Shown here piece after piece: positions 52,084-60,622 of a DNA stretch of 64,000 nt (the stretch's first letter is position 1; every line of letters starts with the position of its first letter). Both the position numbers and the translations under genes were made by a program. Source of the stretch: Phycisphaerales bacterium. Lineage in GTDB: Bacteria > Planctomycetota > Phycisphaerae > Phycisphaerales > UBA1924. The stretch is taken from contig DAISGC010000001.1 of assembly GCA_036823255.1 (NCBI GenBank), positions 18,836 through 82,835 on the forward strand. The letters run 5' to 3'. The notes beneath the pieces are model-generated. The model was not told the DNA's origin, did no database searches, and was given only the letters and a program-made list of their open reading frames with translations.

Positions 52084-54084
52084 TCACCACCACAGCCACA
52101 ACCTTGCCTGGTCGATGATCCGACGCGAGCCGATCCACAGCAGGCTGCGCTCCACCGTGTCGAACTTGGCGATGCCCTCGACGCCCGGGCTGAACCAATC
52201 GGGTCGGCCCTTGAGCGAAGCCCGGACTTCGAACACGTTCTTTCCCTCGGCCGCCGACGCCAGGGGCACGATCCGCTCGATGGTGACGGGCTGCGGCTCA
52301 TCGGGCTTGGCCTTGCTTGCGACCATGCCTTGCCCCTTGCCGCTGTCGAACGCCTGCTTGATGAGTCCGATGTCGCGCTCGTCGACCTGGGCGACGACGA
52401 TGATGTCATCCAGCGGCGCAACCTGCATCAGCAGATCCCCGGTCTTGACGGTCGAGCCGATGCGATCCTTCACATCCCCGGAGATGATCGTGCCGCCGAT
52501 CGGGGCGAGAATCCGAGACTTGTCGATGCGGAATCGATAGCGCTCGGCTTCGGTGGCGGCCCTGACCTCCTGCTGCTCGGCCTGGGCGACCTTGGACTGG
52601 TCCTTGGCCTTGCGTGCGGCGGCGGCCTGGGTGCGGGCCTGTTCGATGCGTCCCTGGGCATCCTTGAGCGCCAGCTCCAGCTCGCTGGTGTCCAGCTCAA
52701 CCAGCAGATCGCCCTCCTTGACGACGCAGCCGGGAGCGATGCACGGGCCGACGGCGCTCACCACGCCCTCGAACGGGGCGGAGACAAAGCGCCGGACGCG
52801 CGGCTCCAGCGTCGCCTCCGCAGACGGGCGGTACGTGGTCGTGTAGAACGTGACAAAGAGCATCAACGCCAGGGCCGCGATCCCGACGACCTTCCAGACG
52901 GTGTGCTTGGTCCCCACGAACCATGCGGCGGCGTTTCTCGTCGAATCCCAGGCGCGGAGCGGGAGCATGCGGTCGTCGGACCGCCTGATCTTGAGCACCG
53001 GGGCGATCAGGTCCATCGCAGCCTGGATGAGCTCGATGGTCGAGAGGTCGACCGAGCCGTCGGCGGACGTCTCGAACGTGAGCACCCCGATCACGTCGTC
53101 GCCGTCGCGCAGCGGAAGGGAGCAGACCTTGAGCTTGGCGTTGCCCGCGGCGAGCTCGCGATGGGCGTGGACGATCGCCTGGCTGAGCAGCATGTCCGAC
53201 CCTTCGCCGCTGGAGGGCGGCTGGGGAAAGAGCACGGGCTGCTCCTGGTCCAGGCACTCGTCCATGGCGGTGGCGAGCTTCTGCACCATGTTCGTGCGAT
53301 GGTCGAAGTGCTCGATGTCGCTGATGGCGCGGACCTTGACAACGTCGCTCTGCACCCAGCCAAGCGCGACCCGGTCCAGGGCGAACTGCTTGGCCAGGTC
53401 GTTGCAGAGCTGCAGGCACGCGCCCTTGAAGTTCGGCGCGGTGTTCACGCTGGCGATCAGCCGCGTGGCCAGATCAAAGGAGAAGCTCGCCGCCTGGGTC
53501 TTGCGGAGCGCCACGCGCGCGTGGTGCCCGCCGACATATCCGGCGAGCACCTCGGCCATGGCCAGCGTTGATCGGATCGCGTCCTTGGCTCGCGGCTCGA
53601 TGAGCAGGGTGATGGCGGCAAAGGGCACCTCTCGCGTCGGCGAGCCCGACGAGTGCGGCACGGCCTGAGCCCGCTGCCCGAGTGGGATCGCCAGAATGAA
53701 CCCGCTCTGCGACCCCTCGCCGTAATAGAGCTCTTCCTTGTCAAGCCCGAAGGCCCGGGCCTGCCCGGTGGCAAACGCTCCGCGTGCCGCCGTGCGAGAC
53801 TCGTTCCCGAACAGCACCTGTGAGGCCTGCGGCGCAACGGCCCTGGCGGCTTGCTCGGCGTCCTTGTCGAGTTCCGGCGGGGGCCAGATCAGGTCGATGC
53901 GCGGGTCGACGTCCTCGCCGTCGGTCCGGTCCGGAAGGTACAGCACCGCCTGTCTCGCGGCGCTGACCTGGGCCATGACTCGGAGCAGCCGCTCAAAGTA
54001 CACGCGGTCGTCTGGAGCGGAGGCGTTGAGCTCCGCGACGACGCGCTGCCAGCCGGAGGCCTTGAGCTGCGACAGGTCGATCAC
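52084..54084 (-). CDS. Tandem GAF-like domains + TM + HlyD-type membrane-fusion protein
   Basis: The GTG start at 54084 overlaps the upstream stop (GTGA), with a GGAGGA 7 nt upstream. Two GAF-like segments are present (...AARQAVLYLPD...FILAIPLG... and LCNDLAKQFALDRVALGWV...DVIGVLTFET...). The TM helix is VWKVVGIAALALMLFVTFY. MFP motifs are APFEGVVSAV...VKEGDLLVELD, a coiled coil, and ILAPIGGTIISGDV...GDLLMQV. Confidence 0.7.
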   Translation of the reverse strand: MIDLSQLKASGWQRVVAELNASAPDDRVYFERLLRVMAQVSAARQAVLYLPDRTDGEDVDPRIDLIWPPPELDKDAEQAARAVAPQASQVLFGNESRTAARGAFATGQARAFGLDKEELYYGEGSQSGFILAIPLGQRAQAVPHSSGSPTREVPFAAITLLIEPRAKDAIRSTLAMAEVLAGYVGGHHARVALRKTQAASFSFDLATRLIASVNTAPNFKGACLQLCNDLAKQFALDRVALGWVQSDVVKVRAISDIEHFDHRTNMVQKLATAMDECLDQEQPVLFPQPPSSGEGSDMLLSQAIVHAHRELAAGNAKLKVCSLPLRDGDDVIGVLTFETSADGSVDLSTIELIQAAMDLIAPVLKIRRSDDRMLPLRAWDSTRNAAAWFVGTKHTVWKVVGIAALALMLFVTFYTTTYRPSAEATLEPRVRRFVSAPFEGVVSAVGPCIAPGCVVKEGDLLVELDTSELELALKDAQGRIEQARTQAAAARKAKDQSKVAQAEQQEVRAATEAERYRFRIDKSRILAPIGGTIISGDVKDRIGSTVKTGDLLMQVAPLDDIIVVAQVDERDIGLIKQAFDSGKGQGMVASKAKPDEPQPVTIERIVPLASAAEGKNVFEVRASLKGRPDWFSPGVEGIAKFDTVERSLLWIGSRRIIDQARLWLWW

Positions 54085-55118
54085 GGGCTGGTCCTCCCCG
54101 CACCGGAGGCGGTCTTGAACGTCGGGGCGGGCTCGGTGAAACGCACACGGGCCTGCGTGCCCGCCGGCCAGTTCTGGACGTTGGCGATCTCGACGCGGAC
54201 GCGGCGGGTCTGGCTCACGCTGTCTGCGACCGGCGAGACGTACAGCACCGTGCCGCGGACGACCTTGGCCTCCCCGGGAAGGTCCAAGAGCACCCACGCC
54301 GGGCTGCCCTCGCGGAGATTGAGCGTGAGCGTCTCATGGGTGTCGGCGTAGGGGTCGAGCCACAGCTTCTCGGTGTTCACAAGCCGGAGGACGTCCTCCT
54401 GCTCGGTGACGCCCTTGCCGACTTCGACGAGCACTTCTTCGATGACCCCGTCGAATGGGGCCTCCAAGTAGTACCTCTCGTACTGCCCTTCAAGCTGCTT
54501 GAGCCGAAAGCCCTGCTGTTCCAGGTTCTTCTTGGCCTGGTCGCGCTGCACCCGTGCGGTCTCGGCCTCGATCCGGAGCTGCTCGAACTCCGTTGGCGAG
54601 AAGACCTTGCCGCTCTTGAGCTGATTGAACTTGAACTCGGCGAGCTCCAGGGCCTTCTCCGAACCCTGAACCTCGAGGGTGTTCTCCGCAAGGGCGCGCT
54701 GCTGGTCCACAGCGGCCTTGATCTCGGCGTCCCGGGCACGCACGAGCACGTCCCCGCGCTTGACACGCTGTCCGCCGACCACGTTGATCTCGCGCACCTC
54801 CGTGGAGAACGAGAACTTCATGGTGACGTCGTTGCGCGGCTTGGTGTCGGCCTTGTACCCCCCGAACTCGCTGGCGATGGCCTCCCACGCCGAGAACCCG
54901 GCCAGAGGCGTCGAAGACGCCGCGTTCGCCGAGGGCTCGGCCGGAGCCGATCGGTTCGCCGGGGCCGACTGACCCGCGGCGATCGCCACGCCGATGGTCG
55001 ACTGAGCGATCAGGAACAGGATCGCCGGGGTTCGGCCAAACGCCGGGCGGAACAGGAAGGGCCGGTCGGCATCGGCCGTCCCGATCAGAGCGAGAGCGCG
55101 ACTCGTCATATTCACCAT
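54081..55118 (-). CDS. HlyD/efflux-adaptor family membrane-fusion protein (periplasmic adaptor)
   Basis: The N-terminal TM helix is AILFLIAQSTIGVAIAAG. The lipoyl-like motif is VREINVVGGQRVKRGDVLVRARD. It has a coiled-coil hairpin, then LEAPFDGVIEEVLVEVGKGV and a C-terminal beta-barrel. I chose the ATG at 55118; an alternative ATG lies at 55109, and the track ORF starts at 55166. Confidence 0.7.
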   Translation of the reverse strand: MVNMTSRALALIGTADADRPFLFRPAFGRTPAILFLIAQSTIGVAIAAGQSAPANRSAPAEPSANAASSTPLAGFSAWEAIASEFGGYKADTKPRNDVTMKFSFSTEVREINVVGGQRVKRGDVLVRARDAEIKAAVDQQRALAENTLEVQGSEKALELAEFKFNQLKSGKVFSPTEFEQLRIEAETARVQRDQAKKNLEQQGFRLKQLEGQYERYYLEAPFDGVIEEVLVEVGKGVTEQEDVLRLVNTEKLWLDPYADTHETLTLNLREGSPAWVLLDLPGEAKVVRGTVLYVSPVADSVSQTRRVRVEIANVQNWPAGTQARVRFTEPAPTFKTASGAGRTSP

Positions 55119-55515
55119 CGTAGATGCGTTTCCGTCAGCGGTTCCGGCATGTGCACATGCGGTCATGGTGTGATCGGCGTTTGGTCGGTGTGGGGTTGGG
55201 GCGTTTCGGTCGTCGGGCAGTCCGAAGGGTGCTGGGCGTCGAGCGCAGAAGTTGCGTGCACGCCGCCCTGAGATGTACGAAGTGCGCCGGCCGGCGATGC
55301 GCCAATCGGAGATTGTGGGTTTGACCCGTCACAAGCCGAAAAACGCATGTCCGACGGTCCGCCCGGATCGGTCGACCAAGCGGGCGGAGTCCCGCCAAGA
55401 CGTCTGTACGCCAAAAGCGATGCGGCGGTTGAGGTATCCGTGTTCGGCGTGGAGCGGCCGACGGACGTGCAATCGGGCCGTCGCGGGCCCGGATCAAGCC
55501 CAGCGAGTCGCCACC

Positions 55516-57003
55516 ATGACCACACGCTCTCCGCTGACGTTTCAGCCCGTCGATCCGCCCGTGGCCACCAGGCCGTCCTCCGGGGCGCGTCGGGCGCCCC
55601 GGGCGCTGAAGATCGATCTGACCCCGCCGCACGCGGGTGATCCGCTGGCGCCGATCGCGCCCTGGGGTGTGCAGCCGACCTGGCCGAACCCGGATCCGGC
55701 AGCGTCGCAGGGCGGGTCTCCGACGCTGAGCGAGATGGTGGACCGGGCCTCGGCCCAGTTGGTGATCCTGCGCAAGGCCGTCGAGGAAGCGGGGGTCGCC
55801 GACCGTTCCGTGCGTCAGCACGCGCTCGAGCTGGCGCAGCGCGTTCAGCAGGGGCAGCGCTTTGCGCAGGAGTTGGACCAGCGGCTGTCGGCGGCCGGGC
55901 GTGCGGCGGGCATGCTGGAGAAGGCCACCGGCGCGCTCACGGCACTGGAGAAGGTGCTGGAGCAGATGCGCTCGGCTCAGGCCGCGGTGAGCCGCGGAAT
56001 CGAGCAGCGCCTGGAAAAGCAGCAGCAGGAGTTCGATCGACTGCTGCGCGAGCAGCAGGCCCGATTCCAGAGACGATTGTCGGAGATCGAGTCGGCGAGC
56101 GAGCAGGCCGTTCGCGCGTCGCACGAGCGGGCCGAGCGGACCATCGCCGAGGCCGAGCGTCGAGGGGAGGACATCGCTCGGAAGCTGGACGAGCTGTCCC
56201 GGGACGCCGAGGCGGTGATCGAGGAGCGGCGTCGGGCGATCCAACAGCAGGTTGACCAGGCCGTCGCCGCGGCCGATCGACAGGCGGCCCAGGTGCAGGC
56301 CCGAGTCTCGCTCGTGCTGGATGGAGCGTCCGAGCGGCTGGATCTGCTGGAACAGCAGGGCAAACGTCTCGGCGTGGACGCGCAGGAGGCCATCGACGCG
56401 CTCTGCGAACGCGCGGCGCTGGTGCTCGGCCATGATCCGCGATCGAGTTTCTCGACTCCGCCAAGGCCCGGATCGCTCGCCGATGCCGTCAGCAAGGGCG
56501 AGAGCGTGGTCCGCGAGGTCGACGACGCGGGCCTTCGCATCGCGGCCTGCCGGGGTGAGGCGATGAGCGTGATGGATCGCCTTCTGGACGCGGTGCAGCA
56601 GGGTCGTCAGGTTGTCGAACTGGGCGAGCCCGCGCTCGCCGAGCTGCGTGCCAGCATGGAACGGGCGATGATCGAGGGCCAGCGGGCGTGCGACGCTCTG
56701 GGCGAATCCACCCGGGCTCAGCGGCACGCCGCGGAACAGGCCGACCGGGCGAGCGAACTGCTCTCACGCCAGCGCGACGATCTGTCGGCCGTTGCCGAGG
56801 CGAGCCGCTACCACGTTGAGCAGTGCCGGGCGGCGGAAGTCACGCTGCGCGCGACCCTCGCCGACGCCGAGGCCCGGGGCCCGGACCTTGAGCGGTCGGC
56901 CCGCGAGGTGCGCCGCGAGGCGGAGCGGCTGGTGCAACTGGCGCGGGAGGCGGCGGAGATCGCCCGCCGGGCGTCGGCGGAACTCGGCGACGACGCGCAG
57001 TGA
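55516..57003 (+). CDS. Hypothetical coiled-coil protein (Ala/Glu/Arg/Gln-rich)
   Basis: I trimmed to the ATG at 55516 (MTTRSPLTFQPVD...). It has long heptad-like stretches (LEKQQQEFDRLLREQQARFQRRLSEIESASEQAV...). The antisense 530-aa ORF is a Leu/Arg-rich shadow. It is divergent from the MFP operon. Confidence 0.6.
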   Translation: MTTRSPLTFQPVDPPVATRPSSGARRAPRALKIDLTPPHAGDPLAPIAPWGVQPTWPNPDPAASQGGSPTLSEMVDRASAQLVILRKAVEEAGVADRSVRQHALELAQRVQQGQRFAQELDQRLSAAGRAAGMLEKATGALTALEKVLEQMRSAQAAVSRGIEQRLEKQQQEFDRLLREQQARFQRRLSEIESASEQAVRASHERAERTIAEAERRGEDIARKLDELSRDAEAVIEERRRAIQQQVDQAVAAADRQAAQVQARVSLVLDGASERLDLLEQQGKRLGVDAQEAIDALCERAALVLGHDPRSSFSTPPRPGSLADAVSKGESVVREVDDAGLRIAACRGEAMSVMDRLLDAVQQGRQVVELGEPALAELRASMERAMIEGQRACDALGESTRAQRHAAEQADRASELLSRQRDDLSAVAEASRYHVEQCRAAEVTLRATLADAEARGPDLERSAREVRREAERLVQLAREAAEIARRASAELGDDAQ

Positions 57004-57123
57004 TCGTGGCTGGCCCCTTAAGCCGGAAGAACTTCGGGGTTTGTGCGAACCTCGAACAAGTGAGCCGAACAAAGCACGATCAAAGCGTGCGGATGTCTGT
57101 GGAGCGGGCCTATCATCGCGGGT

Positions 57124-58323
57124 ATGACCACCGCTGCCGTGTCTCCGTCTGCGTCGATGTCTGGTCGGACAAGTCACCTCGCCATCAACGGCGGCACGCC
57201 GGTCAGCCCGACGCCGATCCCGTTCATGCACACGGCCCTGGCGCAAGCGGACATCGATGCCGCCACGGCGGTGCTCAAGAGCGGGATGCTCCGGGCCGCG
57301 ACTCGGTGCGAAGAGCTCGAGAAGCGGTTTGCGGCGATGACGGGCGCCCGGCACATGATGACCTGCGCCAACGGGACGTGCGCCCTGCAACTGGCCTATG
57401 AGCCACTGTTCAAGGCCGGCGACGACGTGCTCGTCCCGGCGTGGAGCTACATCGCCACCGTGAGCATGGTCGTCGCCCGCGGGGCCAATCCGATCTTTGT
57501 CGACGCGCTCCCGGACACCATGCAGATCGACATGGCCGACGCGGCCCGCAAGGTCACGCCCAGGACCACCGCCATCGCCGCGACGCACCTGTATGGATGC
57601 CCGGTGGACATCGACGCGGTGCAGGCCCTGGCGGCTCAGAAGGGCCTGAAGGTGATCTATGACTGCGCCCAGGCCCACCTGAGCACGTACAAGGGCAAGG
57701 GCGTCGGCGCCTTCGGCGACGCCGTGACGTACTCGTTCTACGCCACCAAGAACCTTGGCACCGGCGAGGGCGGGGCCATCAGTTGCAACGACGACGCCCT
57801 GGCCCGACAGATCAAGCTCCTGCGATCGCACGGCGAGACGGACAAGTACCTGCACGAGCAGGTCGGGTACAACTACCGGATGAATGACATCACGGGGGCC
57901 ATCGGGCTGAGCAAGCTCGATCGTCTTCCGGCCGAGACAAGCAGCCGCAGAGAGATCGCCAGGAAGTTCGACGCGGCGATCGCGAAGATCCCGGGGCTGA
58001 CGGCGCCCGCGACCACTCCGGGCGCCGAGGCGGTCTATCACCTGTATGTGGTGCAGCTTGATCCATCCCGGTTCTCGTGCACGCGGGATGTGTTCTGCGA
58101 GGCGCTCAAGGCCGAGGGCGTGCCGACGGCCATCCACTATCCGCGTTCGCTCACCCGCCAGCCGGCGTTCGCGGCCCAGGCGGCCAAGCAGGGGCATCCG
58201 CCGGTTGCCGATGGGCTGAGCAAGCGTGTGTTCGCGTTGCCGATGCACCACATGCTGTCGCCTGAGCAGGTTTCCAGGATCGCCGAGGCCCTGGACAAGG
58301 TCGCTCGCGCGTTCCGCGTGTGA
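57124..58323 (+). CDS. DegT/DnrJ/EryC1/StrS family PLP-dependent aminotransferase (second copy)
   Basis: Motifs present: TCANGTCALQLAYEPLFKAGDDVLVPAWSYIATVS, IYDCAQAH, SFYATKNLGTGEGG (PLP lysine), GYNYRMNDITGAIG. Confidence 0.85.
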   Translation: MTTAAVSPSASMSGRTSHLAINGGTPVSPTPIPFMHTALAQADIDAATAVLKSGMLRAATRCEELEKRFAAMTGARHMMTCANGTCALQLAYEPLFKAGDDVLVPAWSYIATVSMVVARGANPIFVDALPDTMQIDMADAARKVTPRTTAIAATHLYGCPVDIDAVQALAAQKGLKVIYDCAQAHLSTYKGKGVGAFGDAVTYSFYATKNLGTGEGGAISCNDDALARQIKLLRSHGETDKYLHEQVGYNYRMNDITGAIGLSKLDRLPAETSSRREIARKFDAAIAKIPGLTAPATTPGAEAVYHLYVVQLDPSRFSCTRDVFCEALKAEGVPTAIHYPRSLTRQPAFAAQAAKQGHPPVADGLSKRVFALPMHHMLSPEQVSRIAEALDKVARAFRV

Positions 58324-58411
58324 GCGCGGGAACACGGGTGGATTCGGCGAGCCGACCGTCCGCGAAACTCTGCCCGTCCTGGCGTGCGATCGTCGATATC
58401 GTTGCGTGAAG

Positions 58412-59938
58412 ATGTCCAAACTCACGCGCGCAATTCTTGGTCAGGGTTCAATGGTCGCCACCGGCTTTGCTGGGCTGGTCGGCGCTGTGGGCGTCCTGGT
58501 GGCGGTCACCATGACCTCCTGCGAGCTGGCCGAGTCCAGCGCGAGGGCGCGGCGGGCCCAGCCCGGTGAGCGGGCGGCGACGACCGCCAGTGAGCCCCCG
58601 TCGCGCGGCGCCATCCGATCAAGCGGCGAGCCGGAGATGCGTGTTCGCATCCTTGCCGGCGCGGAGACGATTCGGCTGAGCGCTCCATCCGGGATGCTCG
58701 TTGGTCAAGGCGATCCCCGCGGCGTCACGCTTCCGACACTCGTCGAGAACGCCCCCGGCGTCTTTGCCGTCGCGGGACAGGTGACCGTCGCGCTGCGAGC
58801 GGGACAATGGTCGCTGACCGATGCCCGGGGCGAACGCACGCTTCCCGCCGCAAACGCGCTGGTGTTCACGCTCCCGCCCTCGGCCGCTGCATCGGCGATG
58901 ATCGCCGTGAACGGCCAGCCCTATCCCGGATCGCTTCGGCTGAGCGCTCGAACCGACGCCCGGGACACCGCGTTCGACGTGGTCGAGTTCGTCGGCGTCG
59001 AGGACTATCTCGCCGGCGTGGTCGCCAAGGAGATGCTCGCGGGCTGGCCGCTGGCGGCCTATCAGGCCCAAGCCGTCGCCGCCAGGAGTTACGCCCTCCA
59101 GGAGCGTGACCGCAGCATCAAGCTCAATCAACCCTTCGATGTCGAAAGCAGCGAACGCGACCAGGTCTACGCCGGCGCGAGCGCCAATCCGCTTGTTCTG
59201 CAGGCCGTTCGATCCACCCGCGGCGTCGTGCTCAAGACCGGGTCGGACATGCTCCGAGCATACTTCTCAAGCACCTGCGGCGGGCGGACGGCCTCGGCCA
59301 AGGACACCTGGCCCACCGGCCCCGGCTTCGAGTTCAACCTCGCTCCGCCCATCCAGGCGTCCACACGCGCGTTCTCCTGCGAGTCTTCGCCCCTGTTTCG
59401 ATGGACCGTCGAGCGTCCCAGGGCCGAACTTGTGCAACGCCTTCGGCTGTTTGGCGAACGCAACCAACTCGCCATCCGGCGATTGCGAGATCTGGCCGCC
59501 ATCGAGCCCATGACCCAGACCGACGACGGCAGGCCCTCGCGATACAAGATCATCGAGCCCGGAGGGGCCTGGTACCAGTTGTCTGCCGAGGAGCTCCGCC
59601 TCGCCAGCAACACCGGCTCCGGCACGCCCGCCCTGCCCACGACGGCATCGACCGGTCCGAGTTCGACGGTGCTGGCCACCGCCCACACGCCGCCGCGCAC
59701 CGGCAAAGCCGCGCCGACGGCAAGCCCGCTCCCGGAGATCACCCGCGCAACCCGCGTGAACTCCAGCGACTTCCGCGTCGAGGTGCGCGGGGACAGGGTC
59801 GTGTTTACCGGCCGCGGGTTCGGGCACGGCGTGGGCCTCTGCCAGTACTGCGCTCGTGGATTCGCCGCCCGAGGCGAGGACTGGCGAACCATGATCGAGC
59901 GCTTCTACCCCGGCGTGCGCATCGTGAACATGTACTGA
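58412..59938 (+). CDS. SpoIID/LytB domain-containing protein
   Basis: Motifs present: VEDYLAGVVAKEMLAGWPLAAYQAQAVAARSYAL, DQVYAG, YFSSTCGGRTAS, GRGFGHGVGLCQYCARGFAARG. It has an N-terminal TM/lipobox-like segment. I trimmed to the ATG at 58412. Confidence 0.8.
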   Translation: MSKLTRAILGQGSMVATGFAGLVGAVGVLVAVTMTSCELAESSARARRAQPGERAATTASEPPSRGAIRSSGEPEMRVRILAGAETIRLSAPSGMLVGQGDPRGVTLPTLVENAPGVFAVAGQVTVALRAGQWSLTDARGERTLPAANALVFTLPPSAAASAMIAVNGQPYPGSLRLSARTDARDTAFDVVEFVGVEDYLAGVVAKEMLAGWPLAAYQAQAVAARSYALQERDRSIKLNQPFDVESSERDQVYAGASANPLVLQAVRSTRGVVLKTGSDMLRAYFSSTCGGRTASAKDTWPTGPGFEFNLAPPIQASTRAFSCESSPLFRWTVERPRAELVQRLRLFGERNQLAIRRLRDLAAIEPMTQTDDGRPSRYKIIEPGGAWYQLSAEELRLASNTGSGTPALPTTASTGPSSTVLATAHTPPRTGKAAPTASPLPEITRATRVNSSDFRVEVRGDRVVFTGRGFGHGVGLCQYCARGFAARGEDWRTMIERFYPGVRIVNMY

Positions 59939-59964
59939 TCCGGCCGACCTCGGCTCACCGAGGG

Positions 59965-60390
59965 CTAGAGCCCCGCAAGCTCGCGGATGATCCCGTCGAG
60001 CTCGGTGGGCACAGGCATCACGCTCAGCCGAGACTGCTTGACCAGGGCGAACTCCGCGAAGCGCCTGTCACCCTTGATCATCTTGAGCGTGAGCGGCGTT
60101 TTCAAGGCCCGAACGGGGGCGAGATCGACCACCGCGAACTTCGGTTCCCCTTCGGGAGTCCGGCCCGGCCTCTCCGGATCCTCGTACGGCTCCCGCTTCA
60201 CGATCGCCAGACCAGCGATGGCCTTGTCATCTCCTGTGTGATAGACAAAGCACTCGTCACCGGCACGCATCTGTCTGAGGTGGATGAGCGCGGCGGGATT
60301 GCTCACGCCTGTCCATGCCGTCCGCTTATCTCGGATGAGATCAGCAAAGGCATACGTCGATGGCTCGGTCTTGACGAGATAGGTCGTCAC
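59965..60390 (-). CDS. EVE (PUA-like) domain protein
   Basis: The sequence is YLVKTEPSTYAFADLIRDKRTAWTGVSNPAALIHLRQMRAGDECFVYHTGDDKAIAGLAIV...DLAPV..LK.PLTLKMIK. It has a GTG start and a typical EVE length of about 140 aa. Confidence 0.8.
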   Translation of the reverse strand: MTTYLVKTEPSTYAFADLIRDKRTAWTGVSNPAALIHLRQMRAGDECFVYHTGDDKAIAGLAIVKREPYEDPERPGRTPEGEPKFAVVDLAPVRALKTPLTLKMIKGDRRFAEFALVKQSRLSVMPVPTELDGIIRELAGL

Positions 60391-60622
60391 ACCACAAGCG
60401 TATCGGACCTGACTCCAGCCGAGCGCGACACCACCGATCCAGGTGGGGGCGCGTCACGACTTGCCCATCTCTCCGCATGGTCGGTTCATTCGGACGTGGC
60501 CGGCGTTCCGGCCCGGCGGGATCGCCGCGGGCGATGAAGACCCGGCGCGGGGGGGCCGATGGAGCGATATCCGCGCTTCGGCGCGGCGAGTCGTGAGTTT
60601 CCAGCCCGTCCGCGGAGCCGAC

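Noticed and set aside
51987-52421. N-terminal 145-codon extension of the M50-MFP ORF (track start 52421).
   Set aside because: It overlaps the 3' end of the upstream GAF-MFP gene in another frame and is Ser/Arg/Pro-rich low-complexity sequence. The ATG at 51986 begins conserved-looking sequence.
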